Assembly: GCA_046153995.1 (NCBI GenBank)
Contig: JBJXEH010000065.1
Location: 1,891-65,890 of the forward strand
Length of the DNA stretch: 64,000 bases
DNA from: Micropepsaceae bacterium
Lineage (GTDB): Bacteria; Pseudomonadota; Alphaproteobacteria; Micropepsales; Micropepsaceae
Direction of reading: 5' to 3'
Shown piece after piece: positions 26,784 through 35,475 of the stretch. Below the pieces are notes generated by a model. That model saw only the letters and a list, made by a program, of their open reading frames with translations, ran no database searches and had not been told where the DNA came from. Within the stretch, counting starts at the first letter, position 1. Every line of letters starts with the position of its first letter. Position numbers and translations under genes: made by a program.

Positions 26784-27869
26784 GTGGGCCGGGTTCTGCT
26801 TTGGTTGTTTTTTGCGTTGCTCGTTGGTGCGGGGGTGTGGGTCTACTTCTTCCTCGTCGATACGGGCGTGTTTCTGGATCTGAAGACCAAATCCGTTGGG
26901 GTTTGCCGGACGGTCACGAGCGGTGGGGTCGTCGGTGTCGAAGACCTCGCCATCGATCCTGATACGAAGATTGCCTACCTCTCCGGTTACGATCGGCGGC
27001 AGGTCATCGGTCCGGGAGCATCGCCCGGCGCGAACGTCCGCGGCGCTATTTGGACTTACGATTTGAATGCTGCCGATGCCGTGCCCGTTGACGCGACGGC
27101 GGCTGCGTTACCCGGTGGCTTCTCGCCGCATGGGATCAGTCTGTATCGTGGGGCGGACGGCAGCAAAGCGCTGTTTGTGATCAGTCACGCGGGCGGGAAG
27201 CATTCGGTCGAAATCTTCGACATCGCGGGCGGAACGCTGACTCACCGGCGAACTGTAGTTGGCCCCGAAATGGTTTCGCCGAACGATCTTGCGGTCGTTG
27301 GGCCGAATGCGTTCTTCGTGTCCAACGATCACGGTAATGCGCCGGGATGGCAACGACAGGCGGAAGACTACATGCGTCTGAAGCAGTCGAACGTTCAGTA
27401 CTTTGACGGCCAGAAGTTCTCGACTGCCTTGAGCGGTATCGGCGGCGCGAACGGTATCAACGTCAGTGCTGACGGGCGATCGCTGTACCTGTCGGCCGCG
27501 TCCGAGCGAACGGTGCACGTTTACGATCGCGATCCGGCGACGAATGCGTTGACAGAGCGGGCGGCGGTTGCTGTGCCGGGGTTCGCCGACAATATCGACG
27601 TGCTGGCGAACGGGGACTTGCTTCTTGGTTTACACTCCAAGGTTCTTCAATTCATCGAGCATGTAGGTGACGCAACGAAACACGCGCCGAGCCACGTCAT
27701 GCACTTCAAACCCGATGGCAAGGGCAGCTTCGTTGCCGGCATGATCTATTACAATCTGGGCGAGGAGATATCCGGGGCGAGTGTCGGGGCGAGCGTCGAT
27801 AAGCGTTTGCTGATCGGTTCAGTGTTCGAGCCGAAGATTCTGGACTGCGCTTGGAATGACGCGCCCTAA
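26784..27869 (+). CDS. Paraoxonase/arylesterase (PON) family six-bladed-propeller hydrolase, membrane-anchored
   Basis: Collinear by eye with human PON1: GVEDLAI vs GSEDLEI, FSPHGIS vs FNPHGIS, LFVISHAGGKHSVEIF vs LLVVNHPDAKSTVELF, SPNDLAVVGPNAFFVSNDH vs NLNDIVAVGPEHFYGTNDH, ANGINVSADGRSLYLS vs ANGINISPDGKYVYIA, ADNIDV vs VDNISV, KRLLIGSVFEPKILDC vs GKLLIGTVFHKALYC. Uncleaved-type N-terminal TM LLWLFFALLVGAGVWVYFFL. Confidence 0.8.
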   Translation: MGRVLLWLFFALLVGAGVWVYFFLVDTGVFLDLKTKSVGVCRTVTSGGVVGVEDLAIDPDTKIAYLSGYDRRQVIGPGASPGANVRGAIWTYDLNAADAVPVDATAAALPGGFSPHGISLYRGADGSKALFVISHAGGKHSVEIFDIAGGTLTHRRTVVGPEMVSPNDLAVVGPNAFFVSNDHGNAPGWQRQAEDYMRLKQSNVQYFDGQKFSTALSGIGGANGINVSADGRSLYLSAASERTVHVYDRDPATNALTERAAVAVPGFADNIDVLANGDLLLGLHSKVLQFIEHVGDATKHAPSHVMHFKPDGKGSFVAGMIYYNLGEEISGASVGASVDKRLLIGSVFEPKILDCAWNDAP

Positions 27870-28521
27870 GGCGGTGCGCATACCGGTTGGCACGGGCTCG
27901 GTTTCGGGTCTGTTGCTTGTACCGCCACAGCCTCGCGCAGCGTTCGTGTTCGCGCATGGCGCGGGGGCCGGCATGACGCACGCGTTCATGGAGGCTGTTG
28001 CGCAAGAGCTTAGCGAGCGTGGGTTTGCGACATTGCGCTATCAGTTCCCGTACATGGAGGCGGGCAGCAAGCGTCCCGATTCTCCAAAAGTTGCTCACGC
28101 GGCTGTGCGAGCGGCGGTCGCGAAGGCGCGGGAGTGTTTGCCTGGCGTGGTGCTTGTCGCCGGTGGCAAGTCGTTCGGCGGCCGGATGACGTCGCAAGCG
28201 GAGGCGCAGCAGCCACTCGAGGTGCAGGGGCTTGCCTTCTTCGGGTTTCCACTGCACCCGGCAGGCGCGCCTTCTGACGAACGGGCCGCGCACCTCGACG
28301 AAGTCAAAGTGCCGATGCTGTTCCTGCAAGGGACGCGCGATGCACTTGCCGACGTGAACCTCCTGAAACCCGTGGTTAAGACGCTGGGTAAGCGCGCGAC
28401 GCTGCATCTCGTGACCGACGCCGATCACACTTTCCACGTTCCGGCCAAAAGCGGCCGCAAAGACGCCCAGGTTCGCGCGGAAATACTGGATGCTTTTGCA
28501 GCTTGGGTGGCGAGCCTGTAA
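27856..28521 (+). CDS. Alpha/beta-hydrolase family protein (dienelactone-hydrolase-like, COG3571 type)
   Basis: FAHGAGAGMTHAFM and GGKSFGGRM (nucleophile elbow-like). C-terminal DADHTF. Start overlaps the PON-like gene by 14 nt. Confidence 0.7.
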   Translation: MTRPKAVRIPVGTGSVSGLLLVPPQPRAAFVFAHGAGAGMTHAFMEAVAQELSERGFATLRYQFPYMEAGSKRPDSPKVAHAAVRAAVAKARECLPGVVLVAGGKSFGGRMTSQAEAQQPLEVQGLAFFGFPLHPAGAPSDERAAHLDEVKVPMLFLQGTRDALADVNLLKPVVKTLGKRATLHLVTDADHTFHVPAKSGRKDAQVRAEILDAFAAWVASL

Positions 28522-28564
28522 CCAAGTGCGCTTAAAGCTCAGTTAGAGATTCGATCCGGTCGCG

Positions 28565-30073
28565 ATGCTTCGTTCCCTTCTCTCCGTCGGCGGCTTTACG
28601 CTTTTGAGCCGCGCCGTCGGCTTCGTGCGCGACATCCTCATGGCGTCGGTGCTGGGGCGTGGGCTCTTGTCTGACGCGTTCGTTATTGCCTTTCGCCTGC
28701 CGAACCACTTTCGGGCGATCTTTGCCGAGGGTGCATACAACGCTGCCTTCATTCCGCTCTACGCATCGCTGCGCCAACAGGGAGGTGAGGCGGCGCGGAC
28801 CTTCGCGCGCACGATGCTCGGGTGGCAGATCGCAATCCAGCTCGTCTTTCTGATCGCGGCGCTGATCTTTATGCCGTGGGTGGTGGCGGCGCTTGCGCCC
28901 GGGTTTACAGAGCGGCCGGAGCAGATGGCGCTTGCGGTGGATCTGACGCGCATCACGTTCGCGTATCTGCTGTCCCTCGCGGTGGTGACGCATCTCGGCG
29001 ATACGCTGAATGCGGAGAAGACATTCTGGCCCGCGGCTGCCGCGCCAGTTCTCCTGAATTTGTGCATGATCGCCGCACTCAGCGCCGCGGTGTTCTTCCC
29101 GACAGCGGCGCATGCGGCTGCGTGGGGCGTGTTTGCCGGTGGCTTTGCGGAACTGTTGCTGTTGGTGGTTGCGACGGCTCGTAACGGATTACCCGTGTTG
29201 CCGCTGTGGCCGAAGGCAACCACCGACGTGCGCAAGTTTGCGTCCCGGTTCGGACCGGCGGCCTTGGGAGCGGGTGGGGTCCAGATCGCGCTGTTTGCGG
29301 ACACGATCTTGGTAAGTTTCTTGGCGGTTGGGGAGCCGACGTCGCTCTACTACGCGGACCGCGTCAATCAGCTGCCGATCGGCGTCATCGGCGTGGCGCT
29401 CGGAACCGTGTTGCTGCCGGAGCTTTCTCGCGCGCTTGCTGCGGGTGATGAGGCGAAGGCGACGCATTCGTTCAACCGCGCGACCGAGATCGGCCTTCTT
29501 CTGACGTTGCCGTGTCTTGTGATGTTTCTGGCAGCGCCGGATGCGATCATGCGCGGGCTGTTTGCGCGCGGCGCGTTCGATGTGCAGGCCGCGGAAGCTG
29601 CAGCCGGCGTTCTTATGGCTTATGCGATCGGGTTGCCGGCGTTTGTGCTGCTTCGGACTGTGACGCCGCTCTTCCATGCCCGGGCCGACACGACGACACC
29701 GGTGATCGCAACGGCGATTGCGATCGCGATCAATCTTGCGGTGAAGTTCGCGTTGGTTTTTGGCTTTGGTTTGGGTGCTGCCGGACTTGCGCTTGGGACG
29801 TCGGTCGGGTCGTGGGTGAATATTGCGGTACTTGCTTTCGTGGCGGCCGGGCGCGGGTTGTTGACCTTCGACAAACGCCTGACGGACTTGGCGCCGCGGA
29901 TTGTGGTTGCGGCGGTGTACGCTACCGGCGTCGTCTGGCTCATCTCACAGCCGCTCGCTGATGCGTTGGCGTCCATCACATTTCTTAGGGCTGAGCTCTA
30001 CCTGGTCATTGTGGGGCTTGCAGCGCTGACGAGCTATGGCGTGATGTTGCTTGGCCTCGGGTGGAAGCGGTGA
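28565..30073 (+). CDS. murJ: Lipid II flippase MurJ (MviN)
   Basis: N-terminus LSRAVGFVRDILMASVLGRGLLSDAFVIAFRLPNHFRAIFAEGAYNAAFIPLY is the MurJ hallmark. About 14 TM segments. Confidence 0.9.
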   Translation: MLRSLLSVGGFTLLSRAVGFVRDILMASVLGRGLLSDAFVIAFRLPNHFRAIFAEGAYNAAFIPLYASLRQQGGEAARTFARTMLGWQIAIQLVFLIAALIFMPWVVAALAPGFTERPEQMALAVDLTRITFAYLLSLAVVTHLGDTLNAEKTFWPAAAAPVLLNLCMIAALSAAVFFPTAAHAAAWGVFAGGFAELLLLVVATARNGLPVLPLWPKATTDVRKFASRFGPAALGAGGVQIALFADTILVSFLAVGEPTSLYYADRVNQLPIGVIGVALGTVLLPELSRALAAGDEAKATHSFNRATEIGLLLTLPCLVMFLAAPDAIMRGLFARGAFDVQAAEAAAGVLMAYAIGLPAFVLLRTVTPLFHARADTTTPVIATAIAIAINLAVKFALVFGFGLGAAGLALGTSVGSWVNIAVLAFVAAGRGLLTFDKRLTDLAPRIVVAAVYATGVVWLISQPLADALASITFLRAELYLVIVGLAALTSYGVMLLGLGWKR

Positions 30074-30405
30074 CGCAGCTTGAAGCGATGGCGCTGACGT
30101 TTGCCATCGAGTCTGCGGTGGCGGCAGCTCTGGCGCCCGCGTTCGGCCGCGCGGCATTGTGGTGCGCAGCAGCGGCGATTGCAGGGAGCACCGTTACGCA
30201 TCCGGTCTTGTGGGCGCTCTTCTATGAGGTGCAGGCGATCTATGGCGTGATGGCGACGCCTGTTCTTGAAGCTGCGGTGATCGCGGCCGAGACGTTCTCC
30301 TATCGTATACTGGCGACAACCCGATGGGACGAAGCCGCCCTGCTTTCCGTTCTCGCGAATGCCGCATCCTGGTGGGGCGGCGAGCTCATTTACGCGCTGA
30401 CGTGA
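30070..30405 (+). CDS. Small hydrophobic membrane protein (hypothetical)
   Basis: About 111 aa with 3-4 predicted TM segments. GTG 30070 overlaps the murJ stop (GTGA). No recognisable family. Confidence 0.45.
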   Translation: MTQLEAMALTFAIESAVAAALAPAFGRAALWCAAAAIAGSTVTHPVLWALFYEVQAIYGVMATPVLEAAVIAAETFSYRILATTRWDEAALLSVLANAASWWGGELIYALT

Positions 30406-31375
30406 AGCCTTGGCCAATCGCGAGCAGTAGGATCGGTAACTCGATCCAGGCGTGGATGGCGGCCGCAACGCCGTAGGCGGCGCGCGCGTCGGTGTAGCTG
30501 ACGGCGTAGATGCCGAAGGCAACAGCGGCGATGGCGGCGACAGCAGCTGCGAACACCGGCCAGCTGGGCCACGGAACGATCGTCTGGACCGGGGTGCCTT
30601 GTTTCGCCCGCAGCAGCCGCGGCAGCAGAACGATGACGGCGACATAGTGCATCGACTGCGCGACGACCGCGGCCGAGAACAGGTTCAGGTCCCAGGAGTC
30701 GGGCGGCAGAAACGACAGCAATGGCTTGTAGCCGGCGCCGAACATCGAGGTCCACTGCAACTCGGCGACGCGGAACAATAGGTTAGCGAGGTCGTGGAAG
30801 ACGCCGGTGGCGACTAGCGCGGGGAGCACGAAGAACGGGATCGACAGCATTAGAAGCCAGCGGCGGCGCTCCTCGCCTTCGGTGATTTCGGCGACGAATC
30901 CAAGCGGTGTCAGATTGTGAAGCCAAGCCCAGACCAGGAATGTCGGGATTGGTGCGAAAACGGCGCCAAGCGCGAAGGCAGCCCCGATCAACGCGCCAAG
31001 GGGCTTGTTCTGGCGCATGAGGGCCGTTGCGGTGAGCGCCAGCGCGGCGCCTAGACCGAGTTCGATCCAGAGGAAGAGGTTGCCCATCACGAGGTGAAGG
31101 CCATTGGCGATTCGGGCTGCGGCGATAAGGGCGATAAGCGCGCCGATGGCGGCGAGGGGGGCAGGGGACATCCGGGCGCTGAAGCGTTCGTCGACGTAGC
31201 GCAGCTCGTAGAGGACGTGGGGCAGGCCGAAGGCGCTGATCATCAGCACGAAGGCTGCAATCGGCGCGACAGCCACGGCCGCCACCGAGATGACTGAGAC
31301 CCCGATCCAGAGCGCGGCGAGACCCTGGGACGACATATCTCGGCTTAACGGGGACACGTTCATGTGGAAAACCAT
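30386..31375 (-). CDS. Polytopic membrane protein with four membrane-embedded His (hypothetical)
   Basis: 329 aa, about 9 hydrophobic segments. His in GLPHVLYELRY, AWLHNLTPLGF, AQSMHYVAVI and AAIHAWIELP. No family recognised. Confidence 0.6.
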   Translation of the reverse strand: MVFHMNVSPLSRDMSSQGLAALWIGVSVISVAAVAVAPIAAFVLMISAFGLPHVLYELRYVDERFSARMSPAPLAAIGALIALIAAARIANGLHLVMGNLFLWIELGLGAALALTATALMRQNKPLGALIGAAFALGAVFAPIPTFLVWAWLHNLTPLGFVAEITEGEERRRWLLMLSIPFFVLPALVATGVFHDLANLLFRVAELQWTSMFGAGYKPLLSFLPPDSWDLNLFSAAVVAQSMHYVAVIVLLPRLLRAKQGTPVQTIVPWPSWPVFAAAVAAIAAVAFGIYAVSYTDARAAYGVAAAIHAWIELPILLLAIGQGFTSARK

Positions 31376-31695
31376 GCGGGCTGTGGTGTAGGCGCGTCAA
31401 CAGCGGAGCGGCGTTGAGTTGCACGCTGTGATTGAGCGTTTGGCGTACGAGACGACAATGTCAAACGGACCGTCTCAAATTCATAAACGCGGAACACCAT
31501 TGTATTCCATCGAAAACCTGGAGGCTCGCCGTTGTGACTCAGCTCGGTCCAACGAACATGTGGTTGTACGGCGCGACGCGCAGGTCTGTGGCGAAGACCC
31601 TTGCGATAGAATTTGACGTCCCCGTCCATCCACAGTGGCCCTCTATTGCGATCCGGTGCGGCTGCTAGAGTTAGATGACTGAAGTGATTCTTTCG

Positions 31696-31799
31696 CGCCT
31701 AGAGACGGGATGCCCCCCTACCCAAGCGTTCCCGTCGAACCCATCGCCTAGGCGTCGAATGCGGCAGGTGTTCGCCCCCAACGGCACCTGCCGCTTTTT
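31696..31799 (+). ncRNA. Candidate small RNA (two stem-loops with C-rich loops plus an intrinsic terminator). The 5' end is unknown and may lie further upstream.
   Basis: P1 CGCCTAG (31696-31702) pairs with CTAGGCG (31748-31754). P2 GACGGGA (31704-31710) pairs with TCCCGTC (31730-31736), with loop containing CCCCCC. This is followed by the terminator at 31761-31799. No + strand CDS ends here, and the region is locally AT-richer. Confidence 0.35.
31761..31799 (+). terminator. Rho-independent terminator (orphan, + strand)
   Basis: 10-bp stem GCGGCAGGTG/CACCTGCCGC, 14-nt loop (contains CCCCC), then TTTTTATTT. Confidence 0.75.
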
Positions 31800-31807
31800 A
31801 TTTGTGC

Positions 31808-33361
31808 TCACGCCATCATCGCTTCGATCAAATGCGGGCCGGGTTCGGCGAGCGCCCGCTTGAATGCCGTAGCGAACGCTCCAGCATCGTCGACGCGCAC
31901 GGCGCTAGCCCCCATAGCGCGGCCCATCGCAGTGAAATCGATCACCGGTTTGTCGAGCGACAGCAACGAGCGTGAACGCTCGCTTTGTGCCGTCGCCCCG
32001 ACGCGGTCGAGCTCCATGTTCAAGATGCCGTAGGACTTGTTGTTGAACAAAACCGTGACGATGTGCAGGTTTTCGCGCGCCGCGGTCCAGAGGCCCTGGA
32101 TCGTGTACATCGCGCTGCCATCGGCCTGCAGGTTGACCACGGGCCGTCCGGGGCAGGCGACCGCCGCGCCAACGGCCATCGGGATGCCGTCGCCAATTGC
32201 CCCGCCCATGAGCGCAAGCCAGTCGTGGGGGGCCGCATTCTGAGACGCGATTTGCGCCCACGTACCCGACGTCACCGCCTCGTCCGAAACGATCGCACCT
32301 TCCGGCAACAAGGCAGCGAATGCATTGCCGACGCTCTCGACGTTCAGCTTGCCGCTTGTGGGCACTTCGGGCAGGGCACCGGGTGCTGGTGCGGGCGCTA
32401 TTTTGGCACCGACTTCTTCTGCGAGCGCGGTGAGCACGTCGATGACGTCGTGGTCGCTGTCCCATGGCTGGTATGTTTTGCACTCCAGCGACAGGAACGT
32501 GGACGGCTTGTTCGGGTAGGCAAAGAACGCGACGGGCGCCTTCGTTCCCACCATCACGGCGTGGCGGAAGCCTTGCATCATCATGACAGCCATTTCGCCC
32601 AGATAGGGCACGCGGTCGGGACGCGCGCGGCCGCGCCCTCGCGCCAGCCGCGGGACGAACGTGTCGGCGAACAGGCGAGCGCCCGTTTTCTCAGCAATTG
32701 CCGCTGCGAGCGCCAGCGGCCGTTCGAGCCCTGCGTGGCCGCCGATCAGCAGCACGGCGGGTTCGCCAGAACGTAGCGCTGCTGCGGCGTCGCGCACGAG
32801 CTTCATGTCTACCGGCTTTCCCGGTTTAGGTTTCGCTGCTGCGCGTTGCGGCGCGGCGGTCATCTCCGACCACGCGATGTCTGCGGGCACGATCAGCGTC
32901 GAAAGGCCGCCGTTCGGACGCATCGCGATGTCGAAAGCCTGACGCGTTTTCGCGAGCGCATCTTCCGGCGATACCGGGTCGCCGATCCAATCCGATACGG
33001 GCTTTGCGATCGCGTGGATGTCGCTTTGCAGCGGCGCGTCGTACTTGCGGTGGTAGGTCGCGTGATCGCCGATGAGGTTGATCATCCGCGAACTCGCCCG
33101 TTTGGCGTTGTGCAAGTTTGCAAAGCCGTTGCCGAGGCCGGGCCCTAGGTGCAGCAGCGTCGCTGCGGGCTTTCCGGCCATGCGGGCGTAACCGTCGGCG
33201 GCGCCGGTGCACACACCCTCGAACAGCCCCAAAACCGGCCGCATGCCGCCGACCCGGTCGAAGCTTGCGACCAAGTGCATCTCCGACGTGCCCGGGTTGC
33301 CGAAACAGACCTCAACGCCCAGGTCCACAAGTTCGCGCAAGACGGCTTCGCTGACGTTCAT
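31808..33361 (-). CDS. Thiamine-pyrophosphate-dependent enzyme (acetolactate-synthase large-subunit-like)
   Basis: N-terminal VCFGNPGTSEMHLV (TPP Pyr domain). C-terminal GGAIGDGIPMAVGAAVACPGRPVVNLQADGSAMYT (TPP-binding motif). Confidence 0.8.
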   Translation of the reverse strand: MNVSEAVLRELVDLGVEVCFGNPGTSEMHLVASFDRVGGMRPVLGLFEGVCTGAADGYARMAGKPAATLLHLGPGLGNGFANLHNAKRASSRMINLIGDHATYHRKYDAPLQSDIHAIAKPVSDWIGDPVSPEDALAKTRQAFDIAMRPNGGLSTLIVPADIAWSEMTAAPQRAAAKPKPGKPVDMKLVRDAAAALRSGEPAVLLIGGHAGLERPLALAAAIAEKTGARLFADTFVPRLARGRGRARPDRVPYLGEMAVMMMQGFRHAVMVGTKAPVAFFAYPNKPSTFLSLECKTYQPWDSDHDVIDVLTALAEEVGAKIAPAPAPGALPEVPTSGKLNVESVGNAFAALLPEGAIVSDEAVTSGTWAQIASQNAAPHDWLALMGGAIGDGIPMAVGAAVACPGRPVVNLQADGSAMYTIQGLWTAARENLHIVTVLFNNKSYGILNMELDRVGATAQSERSRSLLSLDKPVIDFTAMGRAMGASAVRVDDAGAFATAFKRALAEPGPHLIEAMMA

Positions 33362-33505
33362 GGGGGCTCCTCCGGGCTTCGATACCTGTCACGATAGCCA
33401 AGGCTGGCGACGAGCGCCACAGCACCAATTTGTTCTCCCGCCGGTTAGTGGCTACGGCGTGGCCTCTCGCGTAGTCTGGAGCACCTTGGCTAAGGATTCC
33501 CGCGC

Positions 33506-34792
33506 GTGTTTTTCGTCTTGAAGAATGTTGTCCGGTTGGTGGTTTCGCTCATCTGTTTGAGCCCGATTATCGTGCCGTTGCTTGCGATCGAGCGGAAACC
33601 GCTCGTCAGCGAAACCGATCAACAGACGTTCGACGGTATTGCGAGTGCGAAAGAGATTCTGCAGCGGTTCGATCCGCGCGGCATGGACCCCGCCTCAACC
33701 ACGAAGGTCAGCGTGCGCGACAGCGAGATTAGCGGCGCGATCGGGGCTGCCCTCTCGCGGGTCGGGAACGCCCATGCGCGGGTGCAGGCGGCACCTGATG
33801 CGGTGCTTATTCAAGGCACCGCGACGCTACCGATCCCGGAGACGTTCTTGGGCAGGTACTTGAACGTTCAGGCAAGGATTGCGCCATCCGAAACGGAGTT
33901 CGATCTCAAGAGTCTGTCGGTGGGCTCGATCAGCGTACCAGGATGGATCATCAAACCCACAGCGATCTACTTGCTCGATTGGTTCGTGGGCGAAGGCAAA
34001 GGCGAGCCGATTTACGGCAGCATTCGATCAGTCGCGGTTGCGAACGATGTGATCACCGTTGGCGTGCAACCGCCGGAGGGCGTTGTCGCTGACGTCAAGG
34101 CCGCCGCCGGCAAGGTGCTCAACATCGACAACGCCGAGGCAATCCGCTCCTACTATTTGACGCTGGTTGGAACCAGCGCGTCCCAAGCCTCGACTCCTGT
34201 GTCGCTCGCAGCCTATCTAGGCCCTCTGTTTGCCGTTGCGCAGGAGCGTTCCCAGAATAGCGATCCGGTTGAGGAGAACAGAGCGCTGATTCTGGCGCTT
34301 GCGATGTATTTCGGCGACGAGCGGTTCCAGGCGTTGCTGAGCCACGTCAACACCGAGAACGCTGAGCAGGGGCTCTTCGACGTCGCGTCCGTCAGGGTTC
34401 AGCGCCGGCATGACTGGGTGCGCCACTTTGCGACAACCGCGGGGCTTCAGGTAGCGGGCGGCAGTGGGCTCTCGAACCTTGTCGGCGAGGCGAAAGAAGT
34501 CGCTGACTCAGATGGGCCATCGGGCTTCAGCTTCACGGATATCGCTGCCGACCGGACCGGGGTTCGATTCGCGGAAGCGGCCACGTCCAGCGAGGCGTCG
34601 GCACGCGCGATGCAAAGTGCGTTCGCAGGCGGGATCAGCGAAGGCGACTTCTTTCCGAAGGTGAGCGACTTGCCGGAAGGATTGAGCGACGAGGCATTCA
34701 AGCAGCGCTATGGCGATGTCGGGTCGCCGGCCTATGCGGCGGTGTTGAAGAAGATCGACACGCGGATCGGCAGTATCGCGCTCTATCAGTAG
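33506..34792 (+). CDS. Membrane-anchored hypothetical protein (428 aa)
   Basis: GTG start. N-terminal TM VVRLVVSLICLSPIIVPLLAI, then a large soluble region with no recognisable motifs. Confidence 0.55.
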   Translation: MFFVLKNVVRLVVSLICLSPIIVPLLAIERKPLVSETDQQTFDGIASAKEILQRFDPRGMDPASTTKVSVRDSEISGAIGAALSRVGNAHARVQAAPDAVLIQGTATLPIPETFLGRYLNVQARIAPSETEFDLKSLSVGSISVPGWIIKPTAIYLLDWFVGEGKGEPIYGSIRSVAVANDVITVGVQPPEGVVADVKAAAGKVLNIDNAEAIRSYYLTLVGTSASQASTPVSLAAYLGPLFAVAQERSQNSDPVEENRALILALAMYFGDERFQALLSHVNTENAEQGLFDVASVRVQRRHDWVRHFATTAGLQVAGGSGLSNLVGEAKEVADSDGPSGFSFTDIAADRTGVRFAEAATSSEASARAMQSAFAGGISEGDFFPKVSDLPEGLSDEAFKQRYGDVGSPAYAAVLKKIDTRIGSIALYQ

Positions 34793-35475
34793 CCGGCGAT
34801 CTTGCTTACGAATGATCCGATGACGGGTGTTCCGCGGTCGTTGCCCTCAAACGACGGCGTTTGTTTGCGGTCGATGCGATAGACCGCGACGCCCGCGGTG
34901 TGCGCGGCATCCGTTTCTGCCGGTGCGTCGGAGAAGAACGTCATTTCGAACGGTTCAGTGCCGATCGTGGTCGCGATCTTCGTGTAGGAGGCGGCATCGC
35001 CTTTGGGGCCGGTCGTCGTGTCGAAATAGCCGCCGATCAACCGCGACAAATCTCCCGCCACGCTGTGCGCCATGTAGAGCTTCTGAGCTTCAATGGAGCC
35101 GGACGAATAGATGAAGACTTGGACGCCGTGGCGTGACCAGGCGCGGATGGCGTCGACGGCATCGGGGTAGAGGTGGGCTTTCAGTTCGCCGGATGCGTAG
35201 CCTTCGCGCCAGATGATGCCTTGGAGCGCCTTTAGCGGCCCAATTTTTTTGTCTTCGTCCATCCAAGCCGCGAACTGGGCTTCGGCTTCCTGCGCGGACG
35301 TGAGCGATTTTCCGGTGGCTTCGCGTGCGCCCGCGACGGTTGTTTCGACCTCGGGATCGGTCCAGCGGTGCTTCAAAACGTCAGCGAGCCGTTTGCGCGC
35401 AAACGGGAAGAGGACATCGCGAACGAACGCGATATCCCCAATCGTGCCTTCGATGTCGAGAAGGGCTGCCTTCAC
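34786..35475 (-). CDS. mtnC: Enolase-phosphatase E1 / acireductone synthase (HAD family)
   Basis: LLDIEGT (HAD motif I), LKALQGIIWREGY, IYSSGS, FDTTTGPK...SY. GTG 35475 overlaps the mtnD stop (GTGA). The longer ORF extension is rejected. Confidence 0.8.
   Translation of the reverse strand: MKAALLDIEGTIGDIAFVRDVLFPFARKRLADVLKHRWTDPEVETTVAGAREATGKSLTSAQEAEAQFAAWMDEDKKIGPLKALQGIIWREGYASGELKAHLYPDAVDAIRAWSRHGVQVFIYSSGSIEAQKLYMAHSVAGDLSRLIGGYFDTTTGPKGDAASYTKIATTIGTEPFEMTFFSDAPAETDAAHTAGVAVYRIDRKQTPSFEGNDRGTPVIGSFVSKIAGY

Noticed and set aside
31376-31807. Identity with a known RNA (tmRNA, RNase P, 6S, SRP) or small proteins (ORFs 31419..31616, 31432..31668, 31675..31863)
   Set aside because: I could not find the conserved boxes of these RNAs by eye. 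The ORFs lack RBSs and have implausible composition, and one runs through the terminator hairpin. It is kept only as an unclassified sRNA candidate.
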